Assembly (NCBI GenBank): GCA_977020255.1
Contig: CDROCS010006113.1
Coordinates: 124,001-188,000 of the forward strand
DNA length: 64,000 bases
Direction of reading: 5' to 3'
DNA from: Obrimoposthia wandeli
Lineage: Eukaryota
Position numbers and translations under genes: made by a program. The notes under the pieces were generated by a model, which saw only the letters and a program-made list of their open reading frames with translations, had not been told where the DNA came from and did not search any database. Numbering within the stretch: the first letter of the stretch is position 1; each line of letters begins with the position of its first letter. Shown here one piece after another: positions 23,701 through 38,700 of the stretch.

Positions 23701-26700
23701 CTGCTTGTGCGAACTCCCAGTCAATTAGTTTTGGCAAATCTTCAGACCCGGAATTGCGTTTATGGGGATCCATAAATAGGTACATATGATTGGAGCCTGC
23801 GAACAAAATAGTTACAATTAAAATATGTCAGTTTCAGTATTTATAGATTTATCTAAAATATGTGAAAGAAAATATTTAAAGTCAATAAAATTTATTTTAT
23901 AGAACAATGTGAGTTAATAATTTGTTCATACTTTTTAGGAAATATTATTTTTTTAAAGTTTCATTTAAAAAATGAAAAACTTTTTTTTCTAAATATAAAT
24001 TTAGTACTCGAATTATGGTTTGGCCGCTATAATGCTGAACAGGTTCAGTTTCTGGTTTGGTTTGGTTTCTGTTCCAGTGGAATTTAATTCAAATATATAC
24101 ATTTGTATTTTAGAAGAAGACTTAATACCAATTATTGATGGAAAGAAATTTGTTTCCAAAAGATAACGCCCTTGCTCGTCTCCAAAGAGTTGCAGGATAA
24201 CGATTGCGAAACATCAACTTATCGGTTATGGAGTGGCCATCAAATCTGATTTAGAATACATGGGGAGTGTTGACCAGCCAAGTTTATTTAAGCTCCTGAA
24301 TCTAATAATATTAACGAACTTCTCTATGTGACACTAAAGGAATAGTTAATTATGGAATAATGCATCTCTATAATCCTTTATAAACGTTTTCTTGAAAGTC
24401 CCTGTGAAGTTCCCAGAAATGTTAAAATTATAAATTTGTGTTTATTGGGAAAGAGTCGAAAATTTACCTTTTTCAAACTTAAGAAATATTCGAAACTAAC
24501 ATGAAAGAAAATCGGTATTTAAGTCGTGTTTGCACATAATCAGTAAAATATTTGCCGAAATTTATATGCTTATTGAAAGTATTCATGTATTTTAACTGGT
24601 TATAATGTGTGTTATGGGAACTTTTATTGACCAGTTACGTGAAAACAACATACATTCCTCTTCGACATGGTATTACAAATAACACGCCTTCTACTATCCA
24701 CATTATCAGGAAAACTACGTTTTGCATCATGTCTCGACCCATCACAGTCCTCAAACTTAGCATCATCTCGTTTACCAACGCAATGGTACTGTTATTCTAC
24801 ACTCGCATTTTAACATTGTTGGTCATAATCTATACACTCCTCGTCGCAATGAGAATTTTCATAAATATCCATTATTCAGACTTACTAAATTTATTTCCTA
24901 GTGTCATAATACCTTTACATCAATAATTGACCATTTAACCAAAAGAAATTGTCATCATCAACATTAACAAAACTATTCAAATTGTATACAGAATTGTTTT
25001 ATTACACTAACCGGTAATACCAGGCTTTTAGTGATTTTTTTATTCTGTTGCTAAGAGATAACTAATTATTACGCAATGACCTTGGTATTGTCGAAAATTA
25101 GGTGCAATCTAAGCATTTTTTAAACGTCCATCACATTGATGGTTACAAGATTCAGAGAACATTTCAATTAATTCTGTGAACGCACCGAAGAGAATGCGGT
25201 CCTTGTGTCGTATAAATACGTCAGCCGTCACCATGGCTCCATTAACCTTGATTTTGGCACCAAATAAGGCCGGCTTCAGCACGAAGTCTGTGGATTTGGC
25301 GCGCCGCTCCAGAAAAGCGTGTTTGTTGCTGATACTGAGACCCTTCAGCGTGATCCTCTGGTCTGCTTGGTGATCATGACCGCGTTGCAGCTGCTGTTGT
25401 TTCTTCTTGCTGTCGCCATTGCTGGTCTTGTATGTCTTCTTCACTGTTGTGTTATCATCGCTGTCGCTATCCTCGTCATCCTCGTCATCTTCGCCGCTTG
25501 GCTCGTCCTGTCTCGTTACCAGGATCTTGTGACCCGTCAAATAGTGTACAATCACTCCTGAGAACAGATAAATGATTATTTCCATTATTTATAAATAATA
25601 TTTGTTATTTACTGCAGACTATTACAAGATATTAACAGAAAAAATTCTACCTTCATCCTAAACATGTCTGAGAGGAACAAAATCCCCCAACAGCTTCTTT
25701 ATTTGATAATCCATTTAGCTATCCATATATGTTTTCAACCAACAGTATTTTTAATTCTTCTCCATACACCGGAAAATGAACAACTCTATTACACACTTAA
25801 AGATACAAAATACTTATTTTCAAAGTTAATCCTAAGTTTTATTATAAATACTGTTTATTATCAATAGAAAAATATCATATAAAATTCATTTACTTTGAAG
25901 GTGAGATAGTTTTTAAAGAATGCCTCACCCGTTACTCTGTCAAATTGATCAAAATTGAAGTTTATGTATGTACAGGGTGAATCAATATAACTGTTACAAC
26001 TTCAATTCAAACAGTGTAACATATCTATTTCACACTTGGGTTTTTCCTGTGAAAATTATGTAAAGAGAGATCTTATCCTCATTTTTAATTGTTTCGTTTA
26101 ATTATACATATTTATGTGAAGCACACTTTATAAATTTACCCGCTTAATGCATTAATTTTGACTTGGAATGCAATTTTGCAAGAATAATCTCTCAGTTAAT
26201 AAATCCACGCCCTCACTTCGTAAATTTCCCTTTTCTGGAAATGGGTTCTGTATGAGTTAAGCAGCCTACAGCAAGCATTGTTAGATGGTCTGGCAGAAGA
26301 GGAATTTGAGAATTGGTTATCCGTAGATGATGGTGCTGTTTTGGCTCCAAAAATGAAAAATGAAAAAAACTGGGAGAACTCATTCATAACAATCTACAGT
26401 TTAAGGCGAATGAAATTAAAGCGAGTGAACCAAGCGATTCAGACGATGATGACGATGAAGGAGTAGGAACTAAGTCTCCAAAAATCGGTTAGAATGCGGT
26501 CTTGAAAATTTTGGATTCGGCGAAATCCAGCTTTTTGACACTCCCAGGAAAAACATCAACGCTGTTTAACGAAAATCTTTCTACTGAAATAAAACTCAAG
26601 CTTTTCTAGTGATGAAACTGATCGTGTTTGATTTTGGAAATATTCTTTTTGGTACTGATGACAATTGAATGTTGATCAATAAATTCTATGGAGATCATTC

Positions 26701-29700
26701 GGAAATTTCTTTGTTAAGACACTTTTATTTTCTAATTCCGCGATCAATCGTGAGAGAATAGACCTGGATAGAGAAGCGAATGTGTCATATGATATTTTGT
26801 CCCATTCTTACGAAAATTTATTCGATGCATGGGCTTTAATTCATAGTTCTGGTTAGACCCAAACAATTTCTCTGGGCCCTAAAGAAGGCCAGTGTAAGGT
26901 ATTATTATAGAAGAGATACGTTGATTTAAGAAATTAGAAGGAAAGAGACACATTTTAGAGACACATCTGCACGTATCGAAGTTAATATCTCGTCCAAAAC
27001 ATCAACGCAACCTTGTTTCCGTAGTAAACAGTTAAATTAAACAATTGTTTTTGCTCCCAGTCCATTACCACTAAATATAGCCCATTCTGTCAATTTCTTT
27101 CTCTGATTGAATTATAACACTGGTGCGATACGAAATTAAGAAATGGGCTTCCCCATTTGATTTGATACACATGCAACAAATTACTTTAATTGAGTTTTGA
27201 TACAAACAGTATTATAAAAAGTTATTTTAAATAACCTTATATCATTGTCTACGCTGTTGCCCAATGAATTTGTCTACCCTATACCGACAAACAGTGCCTC
27301 TCTCTGTCAAGCAAAGGTCGCTTGTGCGCTTGGGGAATTAATAAAATATATTAAGAGACGACAATGTTCCCAGAATAAGAAAATAACACAATTTAAAATA
27401 AATATCTCTATCACACTATATTATGGGATTAAAATGCAACTCTTTGCATGTTCATTGAGTACGTCAATCCCCCCTCAAAGCGTTCTTATGAGAGCGATCT
27501 AAGCCTCTGAAGTGTTTTATCGAATAGCATGCAATTCATTTGTAACAGCTTGAACACCTGACGACAACATTAGTTAATACCTGGACTGAGTGAGACTTTC
27601 CTTTATTCGAGGAAAACTTACTATTTTCACGAGTTCCCTGGTAAGGCTTGAAACATTGTCGTATTATCCCTGGACAGCCTGATACGTTTTGTGGCAGCCT
27701 CTGATATTAGGACCCCGTCAGATTGACCATTTCAAAATGCCAGTACGACAATTTGCTAAACGCTTTCTGCTAAAATTAAACCTTACTAAGATAGCTGAAA
27801 AGTTCAACTGCACTTTGCTAAGTTTGAAATCTATCAAGAGGTAAACTGTTCAAATCTTCTTTTAAATGATATTTAATCATGCCAGGGCCTCCAGACTCAA
27901 TTGTCAATGTTCTTCTCGTACAACCATTGTACCAAAATGCCAACGGTGTTTGTTCTAATTGGGAATTGGGAGCTGCTTCCCAAGAATATACGTGTTCTCC
28001 AGCATATCGATTACTTCGTCTAATCCTTCCATAGCACATGTCATCAGTTTGCCAACGCAGCTGCAGCATGCATCTCGTGAACAAAACCTAACGCTAGACA
28101 AGAATAAAAATTCCATACGCAGCTGCTAACTTTCTTTTTCAACACAAGTTGCAGCAATTCGGCATTGCTAGCAAAGTTACGAAAACTAAGTTTCCCAGAA
28201 CTCACTGTGTTAAAATTGCCGACAACTTTCATCAATTAATATCTCTAGTTCAACTTCTGCTTTAGTTTTTCCCTAATCAGGAGCATATGTGTGCTCACCA
28301 ATTCTTTCCCATTCATCCTCAATTTCATTATTCCATAAGATTGCCATACATTGTCTCTTTTTATGCATAGCTGACGTGATCGGACTGTTGACATTGCCAG
28401 CAACAGTTGGTTGTACATTAGGGCGTGCAATAAGGGTCTTAATCATTAAGCGTTTATATTCATATTATCTATGTTACTTAAGAACTTTAAAAGTGTACAA
28501 AATATGTATTTTATTTTGTACTGATATTACGGAAAGTAAATAAATGTTAAATACGTATTGTTATACTTTTAAATACTCTATATTTTAATATTCTAAAAAT
28601 TAAATTTAAACCGAAAAGAAACGATTTTCATTTAAATAAGTTGAATCCTATTCAGAATTTCAAGTTGGAAATAAAATACCATCAATTTTGGGATTTTTAA
28701 AAACATATATTAGAGGAATTATTCGTCGAAAGAAGAAGCTATTAATAATATTTTAATAGAATTACAAGATTTATATGGCAAAGTTGAAGTCAATATACGT
28801 AAAAGATTCAAGACTCAAGTGTTAAAATTAAAAATCTTCTGGAAAGATAAGAAGAAACTTTAAAAAGAATTAACATCAAGAATCACTCAAATGATTCATC
28901 TGTAAAATTATGTATGTCAACAATGTTTTATGAATTTAAACATGACAAATTAATTTTCTAGAAGATACAAATTATTATAATGATAAATTATGGTAATAAC
29001 TTAAGAATGACTGATGTGTCAAAAACGCAACAACAAAAACCAGAAACTATACTAAAAAGAAGCAAGAGAAAGTTAATTTTTAAACCTAATCTCTGACAGC
29101 CAGATTCAAATTCGTATAAGCCTAGAATTTCTTCTAAATCTAAAGTATGCGTGATTTCTAATAATACAGAAAATAATTATAATGAGGATTCCGTTAAATG
29201 AAGAAATTTAAATTTATCTAACTGCAGCCAACGTGAATTGGCCAAATTTGCCAATATTCTAGGAAGTACATTCCATTACCAAATGAATAAAGAGATCCAG
29301 AGTAGATTTGAACCCTATGTTTTATATATAAAAAGTTATAATGATAAGTGCGTAAATTGTAATACTTATCAAGTAGATGGAATGGATATAGATAGAAGAT
29401 TTTCAATTGTCGACTCTGAAGAAGATGTGATTGACACAACAATCAAGGAATTTACGCTAAAAGAGCTTGACGAAATTTTTCGTGATTTTGAATATCTCAA
29501 GCAGAAAAAAAGAATAAAGATTCCCGATGTTGATCGTGCAATGAAGGTGCGTCGTGAAATAGACCGTATAATTAACTGATAAAAAAGAAGAAAAATTCGA
29601 AGCAATCAAGTTTGCTACAACATTTTCTTAAAATTTTAAAAGTTCAAAAGGCGGCTGCAATAATTAATATTTTCAAATTAATGTTTCGTTTTGATTTATT

Positions 29701-32700
29701 TCTTCAATTCAAATGATTTTCGAAAACTCAGCACAAATACTGTATATTACATCTATTACAGTTCTCGATTATTGCGTTTTTCTGCTATAATCGGACAGCA
29801 TTAACCGCAATAATCGGGGTATTTCTGTATATATTAACATAGGAATAATTGGTTCATTTAATTTATGTATATATATATACATATATATAATCTCGGCGTA
29901 TTACGTATTATTAGAGCGAAGTTAAAGAAAAAATAATAACAAATATTGAACAAACAATAAATTATTTTGTATTAAAAGATAAAATTATTGGATTAGTGAG
30001 TGACACATGTAATATCGTGTTTGGAAGAACAAATAGGATACAAGTGTAACTCAAAGAAAAACTGAATTGGTGGAGTGTGCCATGTCGCATCAGTCATTAG
30101 ACTTGATTCTTCGAAAGATTTATGAAACTCTGGAACCCGATAAATCACCGGGTAAAACATTAGATGGCTGGACTGTGGATGGATTACAATCAGTTTATGA
30201 GTTGAAATTCGAAATAATATTGAAAGTACAGATTGTTTAAACATTGAAATATTTTAATTGAAAGTATTATTTTAAAAAATAAAGTGAATCTGCAGGAAGA
30301 TCTTTGAAAAATTGATTACTTAAGTAAGATATTTATGAAAATTCTCATTGCGACGAGGAGTGTATAGATTATGACCAACAATGTTAAAATGCGAGTGTAG
30401 AATAACATTTAAACCCACTTTGACAACATTGTAATAATATGAAAGACAGTTGTGGAACAAAAGGACGGCATTGAAGATTCTTTGGAAATACTTCAGAATC
30501 ATATAACATTGGAATGGATTACCATTATCAACGAACAACTTACAAAATGGAATCTATTTTATCTAAACAGAATGACGAAAATGCTTCGTGGGTACAATCT
30601 GTGAATGATACAACTGAGAGAGCATTTTCAAGATGTAGAAAATAACAACAAAAATAAAGGATTACTCAAAATGAATTAAAACGTCATGATATGAAGGCAC
30701 AAAAATTATTATTTGATAGTTGTTTGAATTTTTAAACACATTTTGAAACCTGAATTTTAAATGACTAACGCAGTCGTAATTTAAAGTTGATTGATTTGAA
30801 TAGTATAATAATATAAACACAAATGGAATACATATATTATAAATGCAATCGCATCTTAGAAAATTTTGGTTTAAAAAGTTGTTCAACCCTCGTAGCATTG
30901 CATTTATTTATCTTAATCCCATCAATGCAGAAAAACGCAATACTATGATGGGTTTGATTTGTCAACTTGACAAAAACTTTCCTCCTACAAAAAACATATC
31001 ACCACAAATTTCCTAGTTTCATATTTTATCATTTTTCTCCACTAAAATTTTACACATTTATCATTTTTGACATTAGCAAATAAACCACCGACAAAATGAT
31101 ATTATTAGCAAATTGTCCCGACTTCAGCAAACTGACGTAGACTCCTCTTATTACTCCTCTTCCTGACAAACTCTATATGTCTGTATGTCTCTGATGTTAC
31201 AGTCTTTGGGGGTTGACGGTAATATACATTTATTGAAAACTTTTCATCACAGTAAACACCAATCAAAATAACAAGAATAAATTTAATATAGAACTAAATC
31301 TAATAAATCGAGGATTTATTACTCAACAGCGCTTGAATTCATTTCTATTCGCAATATTTTCTGATACGGTTTATTTAATCCATCGATAAAGTGTTGTAAA
31401 GATTCAGTGCATAAATTTCAAATATTCCATCATTGTTTCTTATTTGAAAATGTCTTAACCAATCTGCAACCAGGCTCCTAAAGATCATATAAATATTTAG
31501 GGTTTTCTATCTATAAAATAGTCCATCAGTTACCAAAGAAGCTGCATTAAAAGTACTAACACTTTTCTTTAATTTGAATATAATTCGGACTGCTTTGTTT
31601 AAATTTTTTTGAAAGCAATATAATTGATGAGCTGGAATATTAAACAGTAGATAATTCTGAAAATCAAATCTTGATGTAATAATCGCATGCATTAGTAAGG
31701 TGTTTTTTATTAGTTTTTTAGATATGACTATTGCAGTTTATTGATTTGAGAGTTCATTGTAATGTTTCATGGAGGATGCAATCAATGTAACGTATTTGAA
31801 TTTTTAATTTAATAATGAAATTTCCTTTTTCTTTCATACAGTCTATATGATACTTATATTCAAGTAATATAGTTTGGGTTTTATTTTCATACATCTTCAG
31901 TTGTCTTGATTAGCACCAATATTTATTGATTGTTCAGTTTCTGCTCAGGGACTTTAGTATTGGTTGAAAGTGATGACGTTAAACTCTGATATATTTCTTT
32001 CAAAATTCACTCAACTCTCTCTCAACAAAACTGATGATTTCATTAACCCTTACGAAGTCCAAGACCTTGGGTAGAAACTGTGTATTGATTTCTAATGCTA
32101 TATCTAAAATCTGAAGAGTAAAAAAAATATATTTGCATTCATACATGTACTAACAGAAGACGCTTGGACTAATGTAGAAATATTTAATTTCCAATAAATG
32201 TTCCAGGCACCAAAGTCTTAGTGAATTGGTGGACTAGTGAATGGCAAATTGAATTAGTTAATAGAGAATTTAATCTTTCATTCCGCTGCAGAAAACACAA
32301 AGTCCGCATACCCTCGGTATTGAAAATAAACGTTGAATAAAGCAACATAGTGAACTAAATCATCTCTGTCACCATCAATCATAGATTCATGCCAAGCTTT
32401 CACGTTAACAAAATGCTTGGTTTATCTAGTGAGGGGATAGTTCTCATTTTCAACATACAAAAACGTCAAGCAAAAAAATGTATAGCAAGAATTTTGAAAA
32501 TTTTGATTAAGATAATGTTAGGGTTAATATATTAAAGCAAACGCCTAAACATGTTGTAGAAAAACTGATATTATAATTGGATTCAGTAAATGTAATTTAT
32601 ACATTAAAAAAGTCTTTCTTCTGTATACTAATTAAGCAAATTGAATTATTACTTATTAATTCAAAAGACATTGTTTTAATGATTTAATTTTTAAAATTGC

Positions 32701-35700
32701 TTTTAATTAAAAAACACAGCAAACATTAAAATTTTCTCATTATTTTTATCGAATATTTCATTCTGGATAATGGTAATAAATTTAATTATAGTAATCATCA
32801 AGTACTTAATATTATTTTATTTGAACAGTCAATAATCCTTTTTAGTTGTGTGTAATACTCTTGTGCTGATATTAATATTATACTATATCATAAAGATACA
32901 TTTAGCATTTTTTAAATCCCTTCCACTTGGTCTACATCCACACACACACACATACACACTGCACACAAAACAATACTTCGCGCTATGATTGCCAATTTGA
33001 ATATTTAAAATGATCAACTATTTTAAATGCCTTCCACTTGGTCTACATCCACACACACACACATACACACTGCAAACAAAACAATACTTCGCGCTATGAT
33101 TGCCAATTTGAATATTTAAAATGATCAACTATTTATCGAAACCTATTTTTAAACTATCTTGCGATAATTATTATTTTCATAATTACCAACCTGAAAGTTG
33201 AGGATCCTCGTTGAGATTAATAAGATGCGGTACTGATTTCCGTTTTACGCCTTCAGATTTCTCCTGGCGGGTGATTTGTTCAGCCTCTTTTCTCGCTTCC
33301 TCAAGCTAAAATAGGCATTTTATTGTTTTCTGTAACTTTTTCATTAATTTTATTGGTTTCTTTTAAAAATGTTACAAAGCTATCTTGTTAAGGTTTAGTC
33401 AGATTTTAAATGTTGGAATTAATATTATCGAAATTAAATTATGTTTTTAACTTCACAAACTGCTTAGAAAGAAGGAAGAAACAGGTCGAATTAAATGTCA
33501 ATAACACTAAAAGAGAATTTTCGACTTTCAAATATTTAGTAATATAGTTTTTTTCTAATATCTGGCCCAACAAAGACTCCTTTTTTAACTTGGCTTCTGA
33601 AAGCTTAGGAAATATTCCCTAGGAGTAATTTAAATGCTTTACAATCATGATACATTTATAAATAAATCCCATTAATATGTAGGGCAAAAAAGAATATTTT
33701 TATACAATTTTAAAATCCTTTTTTCCTGTATTTAATTCTAATTAATTCTAACTAGCCAATTAAATTAACAGTAATGATCTATTCTCGATCTACTGTCACA
33801 AAGACAAATAAAATAACATAATTTAGTGTAACCTTGTTGCTATAACTTCCAAGTTGCCACCAGCATTCCAGTACAACTTATTATAATGAATCAAATCAAA
33901 ATTGGCATAATTCAGTTGTAGCATTATTTTATCCGCCTTGAATAAGTTACTGGTATAGCAGGAAATGCGTACTCTTTGTGTAGGATAACTGCTGTAACAC
34001 TTGACAAACTTCGCACAATAAAAATTCAACAAGATATGAAATTTTGTGTATGTGCTCTTTATTGAAAATTCCAACATATTCTCTGTCTTGTTGCCTATAA
34101 TAAGTAACAAGTCTTGTATCTGGCTCGAGTACTCCAAAGTATCTAATTAACGTTAGTTTATCTTTTTAGCATTGTTTTCATCATGTTCCCCGTCATCTTT
34201 TGTTTTTTCATATTCAAAATTATTATCATCATCATCAGAAATATCCCACCTGAAAGTATTAGCAGGAACAGGAAATGTGTCATTTGTTTCTTACGGTTGT
34301 GGTCCGATAGCTGACATTAAATAATTATACTCAAAAAGCTCAGTTGTTTTCTTGTTGTAGGTCTTAGTGTTTGTCACACCGCAATTTTCAAAATGAAATT
34401 GTGCAATTTGTTAAAATCTCATTGTTTGCTCCATTATTTTATGTCGTTAGAAAAAAAGAAGAGTATCATTTTGTTGTGTATCAACACTATCCAAATACCA
34501 CGATATATTTCTAGAGAAAATTACGCTCTCATGACTTAAATTTATGGAGAAATATCTATACAATATACCGCGAATAGTAATAAAAAATGGCGTAAAATAA
34601 CGAAAACTAGGTCATTTTTTTAGTTTTAACTTTTTAAAAATGTACATTAAAAATAAAAATTATAAAAAATATTTAAATTAATTTCGCTAAAAACTACAAA
34701 ATGCCATAGGTTGAATGTACTCCTGAATGAAATGTAAAGTTGTGAATGGTTCAGATAATTATAAATTTCAACAGTTTGATTTATATTTACTTTTTTTTTC
34801 GGAGTTAAAAATTTCTAAAAATAAATATTCTAAACATTTACAAATTTACACCATTTTTAACAGTTAAAAAGAGGAAATCCCATCGAAAAGGTTCCACAAA
34901 TGCAATAGGTACTATAGACAAAGGTGTATGATACAGATTAGAGCTGTATGGAGTAACTGTTTTAGCGAATACCACATCTACCTACTAAAGGTTACACAAG
35001 GTTACGAGCATGAAATGTATTTTATAGAAAGCGTAATTTTTCTTTAGAAACTTCGTTTGTAAAGACATTCCTTGCCAAACCGATTCAACATAAAGTTGTA
35101 GCTATTCCAGTACATCATTTCTCCCCCTATTCTAATCATATTGCGTTGACAAAAGTACGTACTGTCAACACAAATACTGTACCTTTGTTTTGAATGCATG
35201 AATATTCACTTTAATGCAAAATGGATACAACTTTGAGTGTGAAGTTATTAAGAGTTCAGGGTATACTAGTCTGTACCAGTCTATAATGGGTATATGTACG
35301 TTTTGGTACAGACTCAGCTTTTCAACTGCATTTTAACGAATTATTTGAAAACATCACAAAAACATAAAAATATTTATGACACAAAATTATCCACACCCAC
35401 AAGAATGCATAATTAAAAAATTACTTTAGCGTCCCAATTTTTTGGATCTTCAGTTTTGATAATTTCTGTATTTTCCTTTAGCTGTGCTTTAAGTTCATCC
35501 ATAATTTCTTGCCGCATTTTGCTGACTTCTGTAAATGATGAAAATAAATAGATGAAATATCCTGGATTGAGAAATGTAATTTAAAGTGATTTTATTAAGT
35601 ACAGTTTTATTATTATAAAGTAAAACCAGTTTTGAACAAATTATGAATCAAAAATATCCGTGGATCATTTGTAAATACTCTATTATTTTCTATTTTGTAC

Positions 35701-38700
35701 TTTAGCGGTTAGCTTATGTTTGGGGTAACTTTAGGTTTTGTTTCTAACTCCAAGAGTTTAATTGTAATCACTAAAAAAATTGCTCACTGTAGTAGCTCAG
35801 TTACCCAAAATTTGCAAATTATTTTATTAAAGAAATTAAACATATGATAAACTCTTCAAATAAGTTTGTATGACGTATATATTGACAATGAGTAAATAAA
35901 GTAAGCAAATATACATAAGTTTTAGTGAAAATTATTTGGGTTTAACTGGGTTACCCGAACCATTTTACAATTAGTGTTGTTTTATAGTACAGAAATATTT
36001 TACAAAAGATTAATTCATTCAGTTGTTTGTTTTAAAAATTCAATTTTCACTCACAAGGAAACATTTTTGATTCGAAAAGACAAATTTATTTTATATTCAT
36101 ACAATAAAATTATTTAGATCTCACATGAAATTATGTATAATTTTTATCGGCCAATCTCTATTAAGACTAAAAATATTAAATGTAAGTTTTAAAAATTAAC
36201 TAATTTTTCAGAAACAAATTATTAGGTTCAACTCATTTATTTTGTCTTTATTTTTAAGTATTTAATATAACAAATTAATTATAACTTCAAAATTTAGTAA
36301 TAATCTGAAACATATTATTAAATAAGAATTGATGTTTTAAATAAAAAATTAATTGAAAAAGGTTTTGAAATAAATTTTTGAAAAATAATATATTTAAAAT
36401 TGTATGCAAAGTCTTTTGTAATATTCTTATAGTAAAACATATTAATACTATTTATATTTTAATTTGTACATTAATAGTTTTAACTAGATACAGATGGGCA
36501 GATAAAAACTCTACAAAAGTTATTATAACATCAAAATAATTTTATTGTATGAATATAAAATAAAATGATCATCTTGAATCAAAAATGTTTTTCTCTGACA
36601 TAAGTTAATAATTTTAATGGTTTTAAAATTTCATGTAAAAGTACAATTTTTATATAGTAAATTTTTGTTATTTAAAGTTAATGAAGAAAATATCATTATT
36701 TAATTACTATAAGGAAACTTTTCATTTATATTTGTTGATTGATAAGAATTAAAAATGAAAAGAAATATTTTGAGAGTTATTGTAATTTTTTACAATTACT
36801 TTTTTTATTGCATTAAGTTTTTACCTACCGTCGTTACTCAGCCCTTGAGTATTCATCATTTGGGGAAGATTTCCCGTGGAGAGTGCTTGTTTTAGCTTCT
36901 CATTTTCTTCCTAGAATAAAAGTTCAGCACATTAATAGTAAATGAAATGGATTTCAAAATATCAAAGCCAAAAAAATTCTCAATTTTATTTTTCAACACA
37001 GCTAATGACAAAGATAAATTAATTCAGGTGTAGAAAATAAGCTTTTTATATAAAGTGAACCCCACCTTATAAATCCCTCTTGAGGTTGGGTTATCTTGGA
37101 TTTATTAACATACGCTTTCCCTTCAATGAACAGTCATCCTTGTTTTCAGCCTCATGTCAGCCTCATTATTCAGAGAATCTTGAGGAAAATCTCTTGAGTG
37201 GTTTGACCAAGACTTTCTGTTGATCTTCATTCCTTTGCACATTGTAATTGGTTTATTAAGTGTTGGTAGGGATTTGTTGGCAAGGAGATTGTACATGTCA
37301 AAATTCTGTCTCGAGCCAATATGGATGCATCAAGCGAATGGGTGTATCATCAGTGGTTTTATAAGGCCAGGTATTTGCTCTCCATGGTCAGCAAACGCTT
37401 AGCCACAGTTGCATGAAATATAAAATACTAGCAGTTTTCATGTGTACAATATTGGAAAGCAGAATCAGTGATTGCTAGTTTGTCCAACCATATACTCCAA
37501 AAGACTCTAATCAAATTGCGTAGGAATAATGAATGTTTTTAGAAAGGGTGTTATCAAGAGAAAAAGGTGCTCCAATTTGTCTATTGAGACAAGTGGGCCA
37601 ATAGCACAAAACGTTGTACAGCCGAAAGAGTAAATTGTATTGGATCATTTAACTCACGAAAGCGCTGCAGAAGAACAAAAACAGCAACGACAAAATTATG
37701 GTCTTGTCATATGACGAATATCAATGAGTAATCGCAGAACTTCAAAGTCCCAACTCCATAAATCAACAAGAGTAAGCACAAGGACAGTCACCAGAAAGCT
37801 TTTAACTGAATTGGGCTTCGATGTTGCAGGCCAGCTAAACAAACGCTGTTGTCAAAGAAAAACCTTCGTTATCGATTATCAATATGTGAGAAGTATGGTA
37901 GTTGGACTCCACTAGATGGGGGAAAATTCCCTGATGAGTATTCTATAGAGCAGCTCCGATCAAATGAGACATTTGCAAGAATACGCCTAACATGCGTCAT
38001 AAGATCCATTACGGCTGCTCAAGGGTTAAACATTTCATTTCCTTAATAATCTGGAGTTGTGCTTCTAATAAAGGAACTGGAAGCTTGTGGTCGATATCTC
38101 CTACAACAATAAATGAATAGGTCCAATGTGACATTATAAAGAAACTTCCAGGAAAACATTGCCACTTTTAATGCACAATGAAGCTCCTTGTCACAACAAA
38201 CGAATTGTGAAGAACTGGATCCATCAGAAACGAATACCATTGATAGGAATATGGACTGAAAATCATCCTGACCTTTTTCCTATTGAATAAAATCCTTAAA
38301 TATATAGGGGATGGTGCCGAACTATTGTTTCTAAAATTAATTACTTTTTAAATATCTCCATGGATGAAATTGGAACAAAGCAGTGATTTGTTGCAAATGT
38401 TCATGGGTACTATAAAGGGGCCTAGACAGACTCACCCTGAGTTCTCGCATCAGCTTCTCCACTGGGTTCTCGTTGACGACCGCTTTGTTCTTGATCTGTT
38501 TGGCGCGGTCCGCGTATCGGAGAGTGCCCAGCGTCTCGTCGTAGTTAATGTCGGCCGGAGACAGAGCTGCAATCATCACTGTCTTGCTGCGGCAATGCAG
38601 AAATATAATTAAACCAATTTCTATTCCGAAAAAGGTTTGGTTAAAATCCCCAGTTAGTTACAATGAAGTAGAGCAGTGATCTCAAACTCAAATTACAACC

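Noticed and set aside
25319-25561. Hydrophobic plus-strand ORF resembling a membrane protein
   Set aside because: Antisense shadow of the D/E/K-rich kinesin exon; the same applies to 17787-18110 and 38364-38612.
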